Shown: positions 1-9,531 of the stretch, in pieces
Layout of the letters: every line of letters begins with the position of its first letter
Numbering within the stretch: the first letter of the stretch is position 1
NCBI GenBank assembly: GCA_964016885.1
Contig: CAXHJY010001566.1
Coordinates: forward strand, 1-15,773
Length of the DNA: 15,773 nucleotides
Origin: Eledone cirrhosa
Taxonomy: Eukaryota
Direction: 5' to 3'
The notes under the pieces: generated by a model
Told to the model about the DNA's origin: nothing
The model's input: the letters and a program-made list of their open reading frames with translations, nothing else
The model's database searches: none
Program-made: the position numbers and the translations under genes

Positions 1-30
<30 letters not shown>
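1..30. repeat. (TA)n microsatellite, runs off the window edge
   Basis: 15 perfect TA units. Confidence 0.98.
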
Positions 31-33
<3 letters not shown>

Positions 34-45
34 TTAATATAGATT

Positions 46-96
46 AGATTCTACAGGACTAGAACTGTTTCATTCTTTAGAAATCATCAGGAATCT
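46..96 (-). ncRNA. Type I hammerhead ribozyme motif (Penelope pLTR/retrozyme type)
   Basis: Minus strand reads AGATTC-CTGATGA-tTTCtaaaGAAt-GAAA-CAGttctagtcCTG-TA-GAATCT. Stem I is a perfect 6 bp (AGATTC/GAATCT), the CUGAUGA and GAAA boxes are canonical, stem II is short, stem III is ACAG/CTGT, and the cleavage triplet is GUA. Confidence 0.8.
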
Positions 97-349
97 GGGT
101 ATCAAAAAATAAGTATCGTATTTATAGGTCTCTTCAGGTGGTAGGAGAGGGTAGGGAGTGGGATGGGAGTAGAACATTGGTTGATAGAAAAGGGAATGTA
201 TATATATATATATTAGAAAGTGAGGTTCTTTTTACAAAATGAAAAATAACCGAGGTGTCCTACACGAGTGAAAGTATAAAGAAAAAAGATGAAATCGAAA
301 ATGCAACTGAAGTCTTATTTTTAAAAAATATATATATATTTATTTGGTT

Positions 350-387
350 CCTTTACCGGTTTCGCAGTTCTTCTGCTTTTCAAAAGG
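350..387 (-). ncRNA. Minimal type I hammerhead ribozyme motif, U3-A8 core variant
   Basis: Minus strand reads CCTT-TTGAAAA-GCAG-aagaa-CTGC-GAAA-CCGG-TA-AAGG. Stem I is CCTT/AAGG, stem II is GCAG/CTGC, stem III is the palindrome ACCGGT, and the triplet is GUA. The core UUGAAAA replaces the C3-G8 pair with U3-A8. Confidence 0.72.
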
Positions 388-839
388 TGAGTTGAGATGG
401 CGGGTCTGTGGTTTTTCTCACATCTGGTTGGTCTCTGAATGTTACTTGTTTTATATGGAAAAAGTGGCTCGAAATTCCAGGTTTTTCGAGAAGTAATTTG
501 ATTGGTTTGTCAATAATTATAATAAATTTCGCGCCAGTTCGCGTTACAATAGTTCTTCAAATAAGAGAGGGGGGGGGGGGGGGGGGTTGTCACAGGTTTT
601 TTTTTTCATATATGAGTGTTTGAATTTCTTTTTACTTGAAAAAAGGAGGCTCACGAAGGCTTTTTTTTGGTTGGTTATAAATGAATATATATATATATAT
701 ATACAAAGATCGGAATTAAGAGTATTCCGCAGTTCGCAGTAATAATAATAGTAATATTAGCTCAAAGAAGAATAGAGAATTTTCTTCTGAGCTCAAATGC
801 AAATATATTACACAAAGAGAAGTGTGTTACACAGTGAGA

Positions 840-912
840 TGCTGACTGAGGAACCCGTGGGCTGTTATACTGCACATGTTGGTGGTAAAACGAAGCGAGA
901 TTCGTATCAGCA
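840..912 (+). ncRNA. Hammerhead ribozyme motif, unit 1 (core G12A, probably inactive)
   Basis: TGCTGA-CTGAGGA-ACC...GGT-AAAA-CGAAgcgagaTTCG-TA-TCAGCA. The stems are intact but the GAAA box reads AAAA. Confidence 0.7.
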
Positions 913-979
913 AACCTATAGTTATAAGGTTGGTAATTTAAAATATATTACACAAAGAGAAGTGTGTTACACAGTGAGA

Positions 980-1052
980 TGCTGACTGAGGAACCTGTGA
1001 GCTGTTATACTGCACATGTCGGTGATGAAACGAAGCGAGATTCGTATCAGCA
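980..1052 (+). ncRNA. Type I hammerhead ribozyme motif, unit 2
   Basis: TGCTGA-CTGAGGA-[34-nt stem II region]-GAAA-CGAAgcgagaTTCG-TA-TCAGCA. Stem I is 6 bp, stem III is ACGAA/TTCGT, the triplet is GUA, and the predicted cut is 3' of 1046. Confidence 0.8.
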
Positions 1053-1119
1053 AACCTATAGTTATAAGGTTGGTAATTTAAAATATATTACACAAAGAGA
1101 AGTGTGTTACACAGTGAGA

Positions 1120-1192
1120 TGCTGACTGAGGAACCTGTGAGCTGTTATACTGCACATGTCGGTGATGAAACGAAGCGAGATTCGTATCAGCA
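1120..1192 (+). ncRNA. Type I hammerhead ribozyme motif, unit 3
   Basis: Identical to 980-1052. Predicted cut is 3' of 1186. Confidence 0.8.
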
Positions 1193-1337
1193 AACCTATA
1201 GTTATAAGGTTGGTAATTTAAAACTCTAATCCAGAGATTTGATTCTGACTTAGTTTTTTTCTATTTAATTGCTAAACCTGTAGATATTGTTCTCTATACA
1301 GTAACGGTAAAAATCTCTTGTAATAATTCTTTACACA

Positions 1338-1377
1338 CATCTCACTGTGTAACACACTTCTCTTTGTGTAATATATT

Positions 1378-1379
<2 letters not shown>
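1338..1379 (-). repeat. 42-bp inverted repeat of 800-841
   Basis: catctcactgtgtaacacacttctctttgtgtaatatatttg is the exact reverse complement of caaatatattacacaaagagaagtgtgttacacagtgagatg. Confidence 0.97.
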
Positions 1380-1411
<32 letters not shown>

Positions 1412-1413
<2 letters not shown>

Positions 1414-2248
1414 CAGAGGAAGGACTCTGTTAGGGAATCCCATGGAGAGTCCAGTCAATGTTGAGGGACCTGGCATTCCACCAACGACATCGCCTTGATC
1501 GCTGAAGATCTGCAAGCCCTAACAACATCCCCGCAAGAGAGTGCGGAAAAGAACGGCCTGAGAAACAGCACCAACAAGACCAAGGTGGTGAGAACAGCCA
1601 ACAACACAGGTCCAGCAATCAGAGTCAACCAACAAGACCTGGAAGAAGTCATTCACTGGGCAGTCTGCTGGCAAACAATGGCGGCGCAGAGCTCGACATC
1701 AACTGTCGGATCGGCCAAGGAGCCGCAACTTTCTAACGGATGCGCCCAGTCTAGTCGTCTTCATGCATCAGCACCAGGAGGAAGCTGCGCCTGTACAAGA
1801 ACATCGTGCTGCCGACAGTGCTTTACTCGAGTGAAACCTGAAAAAGCAGGGCAAAGATAGAGAGACGGCTGAACACTTTCCACCAGTGGTGCCTGCTAAT
1901 CATCCTTCGTGTGTCCTGGCACGATCGAGTGCGAAACGAGGAAATCCTGCGGAGAGCCGAGTCGTGGAGGCTACAGAGGATGGTCACGGAGCACTTGTGC
2001 CGCCTGGCTGGTCATATTCTGTGCCTGCCCAACGAGCAAAACTCGAAAACAGCGATGAACTGGACTCCACTTGGTGGCAAACGGAGGTGGGGTTGTCCCA
2101 GGATCACCTGGCGACGAACGTTCCGAAAAGATCTGATGGCAGCCAACATCAGTTGGCACGGACCGGAAAATGCGGCCATTGATTGTGACTGTTAGCGTCT
2201 ACTTAGTGCTTGATGTGTCCAACGGCGCAGAAGAACGTAAGACTAAGA

Positions 2249-2250
<2 letters not shown>
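1412..2250 (+). mobile_element. 5'-truncated, frameshifted RTE-clade LINE (RT C-terminal half to 3' end)
   Basis: Joining frames gives GIPW...LRDLAF/TNDIALI (a decayed FADDIAL motif), GLRNSTNKTKVV, DINCRIG, KLRLYKNIVLPTVLYSSET, LRVSWHDRVRNEEILRRA, LAGHILCLP and GGKRRWGCPRITW. These are characteristic RTE ORF motifs. There are multiple stops and frameshifts, and the fragment is flanked by (TA)n. Confidence 0.9.
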
Positions 2251-2300
<50 letters not shown>

Positions 2301-2379
2301 GAACGATCGACTTTCGTCAAATCGGACCGAGGGAACAATGTTTCCGTTGGTCTTTCCAATTGCTAATACTATCTATCGG

Positions 2380-2517
2380 TCGCAACTCCAGGTAGAAGAA
2401 GCAACGTGAAATAAAGTGTCTTGCTCAAGGACATAACGCATCACCTGGTCCAGGAATCGAACCCATAACCTTACAATTGCGAATCGAATTCTCTAACCAC
2501 TCAGCTACACGCCTTCA
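2380..2517 (-). mobile_element. tRNA-derived SINE (head and core)
   Basis: The minus strand has Pol III A box TAGCTGAGTGG (2497-2507) and B box GGTTCGATTCC (2453-2463), followed by GTCCTTGAGCAAGACACTTTATTTCAC, a typical SINE core segment. The 3' boundary is approximate and may extend to about 2300. Confidence 0.85.
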
Positions 2518-2526
2518 CACACACAT

Positions 2527-2569
<43 letters not shown>

Positions 2570-2584
2570 TGTATGTATGTATAG

Positions 2585-2932
2585 TATATTTGGCAATATA
2601 CCGTATGTTTAATTAAAAACATTTAGAAGACCATACGCTATCTGTTTTAAAGTAGTGACTATGTCACTTACTTCTTTTTGGCGAAAGGAGGGAGAGAAGC
2701 TAACAGTCTGTCTCACGCTGGCTGGCGTTCATCAGAGCCACGTACTCCCTGCATCCGCCGAAAAATAGAGAAGCTGGATTCTTATAGAATTCCAATAATA
2801 ATCAGGAGCTGATTATACAGAACGATTGCCGGTCCAGCAAAAATTAGGTATTAGGATTGGTGCTCTGAAATAGCGATGTATACATGAATGTATGTATATT
2901 ATATTTGGCAATATACCGTATGTTTAATTAAA
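2585..2932 (-). mobile_element. 315-bp-period element with terminal direct repeat and internal HHR relic
   Basis: A 33-bp exact direct repeat (tatatttggcaatataccgtatgtttaattaaa) lies at 2585-2617 and 2900-2932, with an HHR motif at 2698-2739 between the copies. Confidence 0.65.
2698..2739 (-). ncRNA. Minimal hammerhead ribozyme motif with one core substitution
   Basis: Minus strand reads GGCT-CTGATGA-ACGC-cagcca-GCGT-GAGA-CAGaCTG-TT-AGCT. All three stems are present, GAAA is mutated to GAGA, and the triplet is GUU. Confidence 0.68.
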
Positions 2933-3264
2933 TATATATGCATGTGTGCATATGTGCTTCTCCCAAAATAATAAACCTTTTTCCTACAACATCAAGAGTA
3001 ATATCTCACTTCCACCTTTTAGCAATCATCGTCACTCATTAACTAATTTCACGAGTAGGATATTTGTTTCCTGATTTGAACGAAACCAACTGGAACGGCC
3101 ATCGTCGTACATCGATGGAGGCCCATACATTTTTTTTCTTTATTAAAGTATTCTACATAAGTAATACAGAGAGATTAGCATGTGTCAATCTTAACAGTAA
3201 TGCAAGATTACGTTACAACAGAAAACCCTAGTGTTAGTACGTGCTAGGAGAGACAAAATATCTA

Positions 3265-4205
<941 letters not shown>

Positions 4206-4299
4206 GCATTTAGATCATGGAAAATTTAACAGAGGCTTTGTGTGATATATTTAAAAATGAATATTTATGTATAAAATAAATATAGACGTAAATATATAC

Positions 4300-4381
4300 C
4301 AGGCATGCGTATATATATCTTAAGAATATATGATACTTACTTGGTTAACTACATAGCATACATACGTTGATGCATACAGGC

Positions 4382-4417
<36 letters not shown>

Positions 4418-4638
4418 TAACAAATGTAAATATATATGGACGTATATATGTACATACATACATCCACACATATTTGGGTACATACAAACCTGTATACATA
4501 AATATATACATACATATTTACAGACATACGTATATGTATACGTACACATGAACACATGCACATACATTCATGCATGTATACATATTTGTTTATATACCTA
4601 TATATATGCGTACGTATATGCATACATACACGCATACA
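4300..4638. repeat. Degenerate TA/CA/TACA low-complexity tract
   Basis: Alternating purine-pyrimidine low-complexity sequence. Confidence 0.8.
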
Positions 4639-4639
4639 G

Positions 4640-7600
4640 ACTTTCAACGTGATCAGTCGCACATTTTGGTGTGGGCGACTATTCATTAAATACTATCTCT
4701 GACAGTAAAGATGAATACTATCTCCGACAGTCATGTCACAACTAGCAGTCATGTTGAATAACTGGATATTCTTTTAACTATATCCACTTAAGACACCTTG
4801 TATTCGAATTCGTAGAGATATCCGACTAAGTACTTAATTCATTTTACAAGGATTTTCTGCAAACAGCATGGCTTGACACAACATCAACAATAACAATTTA
4901 CCGAAGACAAGGAACGCAAACTATTTACCAGAGAAAACCAGTAAGAAAATCCTTGAGAAAGATAAACAAAATTTATATAGTTGTAGCCACAGAAGAAACC
5001 GAAATAATAAATCTCATTTCTCTTGGAGTTACGAACTTAATGATGATTTTTAAATTGTTATAAAATGGCGAAAATAAATCCCTCCGTTGGTTATATGAAC
5101 ATATTGAAGCTACACTGGTACGAAATACATCCAGAGCTAAATCATTTCACAGCGAAACAACTACGTCAACAAGCGACGTTTGTCTAACGTAAAAATAAGA
5201 TATTATTAAATATTATTAATTGTAAGTCCCCCAGAACAAATATGGGATCAACAATACGTGCTACAGGTCGCCATGTTACTAGACTTTCTAGCAGCCAGGT
5301 CGTGCAATGACTTGAAACAACTACGCCTATAAGAAATTTGACACCACGTGTACCTCAACTGCTGTGGAAAACACTATTGATAATAACAATTATCAAAAGT
5401 AAAAACAATTGAAATTTTCCCTCAACGAAATCTTTCAGAGAGAATTTAATTCATGTATCAACATTTCTCTTGCTGAAGGTAATAAAACAAAAATACTAAA
5501 TAAAATAAAAACTAAATAATGGAATCTTACGTGTTATTGACGAAATAGGGGATGAATATTTATGACGAATTAAAACCTGCACATTTTGGTAAATCAACGT
5601 CTGTTAATATGCCTTAGCAACGACAGTGAAGCATTATCTTGGTGATGACAGAGATATAAACAAGAACAAAACACCACCAAAAATACCATCATATATAACT
5701 AAAATAGAAAAAAGATTGCTGAGCTATGGAAAACTATAGGATATGTGACAATGCCCCTTACATGCAAAAAAAAAAACAAACAAAACAAAAAGAAAATATT
5801 TCACTCCTCACCAACAAAGATTGAAAGATAAAATAGAGACGATGTTTGGTGACAGTACAACCTGAACTGTTCAATATAAACTGATCACCCTCAAACAAAA
5901 ATTGAGAGCTGTCAGTGAGAAACGCCGATATCTGAAGAAAGAAAAGTGCTTAATAAAAGATTCAGACGAAACCAAACATCAGTTTACAGAGATATCAAGG
6001 GCAAAGTAATAAATGTCATTGAGGCCCCATCCCAGAAAGACAGATTCCTTTTGGGGAAAAATATGGGGTGAAAAAAAGAATTTCAACCAAGATGCAGTGT
6101 GACTAAAAGAAATCCCAAAGAATTATTGCTCCTACACGACAACAAAAACGTACGAAATAAATGAGGATACCCTTGAGACTGTGATAGGAAAACTTCAAGA
6201 TAAGAAAACACCAGGAAGAGACTTGATTGTCAGCTATTGGTACAAAAAACTAATATTCTATCGGAGGTATCTTATCGACCTCTACCAACAAGCTCTCAAC
6301 AGAGATACACTTATACCAGAATGGTTGACATTAGCAAAAACAATACTGGTCCCCAAGAACAAAGACACCCACTTGGCAAAAAACTACCGACCCATTGCAT
6401 GCCAGAACCTGATGTATAAGATGTATACAGCCTGCCTGAACCTATTTCTCCAAGATCACCGTGAAAATAATAACATCATCACAGATGAACAAGCAGCTGG
6501 AAAGAAAGGGGGTTTGGGGTGTGCTGAACAACTCTTAATTAACAAAACTGCGATGTCGGAGGTGCGACAACTTAGGAGGAATATGGCTACAGTCTGGCTG
6601 GACTACAGGAAAGCATTTGATTCTGTTCCGCAATCTTGGATGATAGAGGCCCTCCGGCTTGTTAAAGTCCCAGACATTATTATCAGAGCCATAGAGAAGC
6701 TATCTTCTTGGTCTACTATCGTTAAAACTCGAAAAAATCTAAGCAACACCGGAAACTTCTACATCAACAGTGACATAAACTGCCTCTACTTGAAACGTAA
6801 GCAGGGAGGCAGAGGCCTAACATCAGTCCAGGCAGCAATTGAGTGTCGTATCATATTCTTCTGAGAACATTTACGAACCTCCAAACGTAGGAGCCCGTCT
6901 CTCAAGCAAGTCTATGTGCTTGAAACAGATAAGATCATGAGAGTTGGGAAAGAACTCCTTGAAAGATATCCCTGCATCATAATCAAAAACTCACACCCAG
7001 GGAAATTCCCCAGCAGTACCGCAGTGAATCCATGGATGAAAAACTACATGCTTATCAGCAAAAATTCATGCATGGATATGTTGCCAGGAAGCTCCAGAGT
7101 GAGAGTAATATAGATAAACAAAGTAGTCTATCTTGGACCAACAACCGCTATATTGGCTCCCACTTTGAAGGATACGCTTTTGCAATCCAAGAACAGGAAA
7201 TCAATACGAAATACCTGATTCACAAAAGAGATAGGGATGCAGGCAAAACAACTAGATGTGACAACAAGTGCTGACTCTGCAGAATTAACATCGAGGATAT
7301 CACCAATGTCATCACTAGCTGTCCAAATACGTCATCGCGGTACTATCTACCTCTGAAGCATGATGTAGTGGCCAAAACACTGTACAATGCAGTTCGTAAA
7401 AAGGATAGCCCTGATAATAAACACATTAAAAGCTACAGCAATGTGGAAGACATCCATGTACATAATATGAAAGAGTACTGGTGGAATGTTCCAGTAAAAA
7501 TCCCAATGAAATGCAGACATAACAGAGCAAATATAATGATATGGGACAGGGAAAAGAAGGCATGCACAGTAGTGGAAGTTAGCTGCCCAGCAGATACCAA

Positions 7601-7727
7601 TATAATATCAAAGATTAACGAAAAGTAAACTATCTATGCAGAACTAATGAGGAATCTGCAGATACTCCACTCTGATTACACCTTCAGATTTATGCCTGTG
7701 ATTATTGGGGCACTGGGATATGTTAGT
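4640..7727 (+). mobile_element. Decayed R4/Dong-like non-LTR retrotransposon (RT + CCHC knuckle + restriction-like endonuclease), internally deleted and 3'-truncated
   Basis: N-terminal motif FSWSYELN..CYKMAK..GYMNILKLHWYEIHP..KQLRQQA (about 5015-5185). RT motifs NYRPIAC, EQAAGKKG..GCAEQLLINK and WLDYRKAFDSVPQSW (6181-6720). Post-RT motifs KTRK..G.F..NSD..LYLKRKQGGRGL and FAIQEQEINTKY. Knuckle C*LC..EDITNVITSC (7269-7322), then KHDVVAK. RLE motifs HNRANIMIWD..VVEVSCP..EK and PVIIGALGYV (to 7724). Many stops and frameshifts. The 5' boundary is uncertain (4640-5000). Confidence 0.88.
6181..6864 (+). pseudogene. Reverse transcriptase fragment of the R4/Dong-like element
   Basis: 227-aa ORF carrying the N-terminal RT motifs fused directly to post-RT sequence. 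It lacks the QGD and YxDD motifs. Confidence 0.88.
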
Positions 7728-7730
7728 ATC

Positions 7731-7761
7731 TGTCTCTAGCTCTCTCTCTCTCTCTCTCTCT
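7731..7761. repeat. (CT)n microsatellite
   Basis: CT run directly after the truncated RLE domain. Confidence 0.9.
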
Positions 7762-7954
7762 ATTAGTAAACATTTGTGAAATTATAAAACCAGAAGAATA
7801 TACACCCACTTATACACATGCATATATATACATACATATATATATGAGCTCTGCCGTCGGGGTCATACCTTTTCCTATTACCCACTCTACTACACTAAGT
7901 ATTGAGTACTCTGGTGCGTTATCGTCGATCTGCTTCCTTACCACAATTCCTTCG

Positions 7955-7955
<1 letters not shown>

Positions 7956-7996
<41 letters not shown>

Positions 7997-8060
7997 TATA
8001 TATATAAAAGAGTGTTATAGGCCCCGCGTATGTCAGGGATAATATTACAAATATGGCAAT

Positions 8061-8150
<90 letters not shown>

Positions 8151-8228
8151 ATGTATACATATATACACGTGTGTGCGCGTCTGTATATATGTATATATAT
8201 ATATATATATATGTGTATGTTTGTGTGT
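7956..8228. repeat. (TA)n and (TG)n microsatellites with a short unique spacer
   Basis: TA runs at 7956-8006 and 8064-8098, and a TG run at about 8098-8147. Confidence 0.92.
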
Positions 8229-8469
8229 GAAAATAATGAGAGGAATATCGAAGAAGAAAGAGTCATAGCATTTTCTTCTACTTGCATCCGTTTCTGCAGG
8301 AGTAAGCAGAAAAAATAGAAAAATGGTGAAAAACCTTGCTTAAGCTTCCAATATTAATATACACAGACATATATAATCTCAGTAATATCTCTTGGTATTT
8401 GTTATGAAACATTAATCTCGTGTCATTCGTAAGATATTCTCATATTTTTCTTCTTCATTCGTGTCAACG

Positions 8470-8539
<70 letters not shown>

Positions 8540-8771
8540 ATATATATATTTGTGTATATATATATTTGAATATATATATTTGAATATATATATTTGAATA
8601 TATATATATTTGAATATATATATACATATTTGAATATATATATTTGCATATATATATATACATATTTGAATATATATACACATTTGAATATATATACACA
8701 TTTGAATATATATATATATATATATATAATGTATATATTTGTAAATATTTGTATATATATATACATATATT

Positions 8772-8834
<63 letters not shown>

Positions 8835-8872
8835 ATATATATATGTCTATATATATATGTATATATTTATTT

Positions 8873-8907
<35 letters not shown>
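8470..8907. repeat. Compound (TA)n microsatellite with TTTGAA/TTTGTA interruptions
   Basis: Recurring 'atttgaatata' sub-unit within TA runs. Confidence 0.95.
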
Positions 8908-8950
8908 ATTGGTGGTGCATGTTGATAGGAAAATCTGTTTCGTAGAATCA

Positions 8951-9014
8951 AGAGGTATCTGAGGACCTTGCTATTTTCAGAGTCAGGTTCGATCATCACA
9001 TCGATCGTACCTCT
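8951..9014 (+). ncRNA. Hammerhead ribozyme relic lacking the GAAA box
   Basis: AGAGGTAT-CTGAGGA-CCT...AGG-t-TCGAT-catcac-ATCGA-TC-GTACCTCT. It has an 8-bp stem I, CUGAGGA, stem II, a 5-bp stem III and an AUC triplet. A single T sits where GAAA should be. Confidence 0.55.
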
Positions 9015-9161
9015 AGCTGGTCGCCAGAGAAACGATTGTAGTATGTCCAATAAATTCCATTCGTCGCAACACTGATTCTCTTTTTTTATGTGATATATAC
9101 GTATATATCTATACATAGAATAGAGTTAGGATTTAGCTTGGAGCATAGCTGTATACAAATA

Positions 9162-9474
9162 TGTATTGGAATTTCGTATTTCTAAGGAAATACGGTATGT
9201 TTATAAATAAACATATAGAAAGCCGTATCTATGTAAACACCAACGGTTATCGCCACCTGCCGCTGTCCAGCAGAAACAAGGGTGACAATCGTCGATGCGC
9301 ATTTCGAAATGATCTGTATTCCGTCGGCACGAAAGGCACACCGACGATTGTCCCCCTTGCTTCTGCTGGAAACCGCCAGGTGGCGATGACCACTGGTGTT
9401 TGCACAGCTACGGCTTTCTAAATGTTTATTTATAAACATACGGTGTTTCTTTAGAAATACGAAATTCCAATACA
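9162..9474. repeat. Long palindrome (fold-back): 145-bp inverted arms, 23-bp spacer; MITE-like or inverted pLTR pair
   Basis: 9162-9306 is the reverse complement of 9330-9474, with 18 mismatches by manual count and no indels. Confidence 0.93.
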
Positions 9475-9531
9475 CACATACACACACACACACATATATA
9501 TATGCTTGTGTGTGTTTGTATTTATATATAT

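Larger units (their letters stand above)
801..1223 (+). repeat. Tandem repeat, 3 x 140 bp
   Basis: Units start at 801, 941 and 1081 (aaatatattacacaaagagaag...). Units 2 and 3 are identical. Unit 1 differs at positions 856, 860, 880, 885 and 887. Confidence 0.98.
704..1379 (+). mobile_element. Non-autonomous HHR-bearing element (retrozyme / Penelope pLTR-derived) inserted in (TA)n
   Basis: Bounded by TA tracts on both sides. Contains three 140-bp HHR units (801-1220) and ends in a perfect 42-bp inverted copy (1338-1379) of 800-841. No coding capacity. Confidence 0.7.

Noticed and set aside
569-586. Poly-G run (G-quadruplex candidate)
   Set aside because: It is a simple homopolymer of unreliable length with no supporting context.
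801-1223. CRISPR-like array
   Set aside because: The units are contiguous and near-identical, with no unique spacers, no cas genes and a eukaryotic context.
2445-2517. Functional tRNA gene
   Set aside because: A and B boxes are present but there is no convincing acceptor stem, and the sequence continues into a SINE core.
7846-7955. Similarity of tactacactaagtattgagtac to about 15025-15046
   Set aside because: Only 18/22 identity in AT-rich sequence. It suggests a related fragment but is not supportable.
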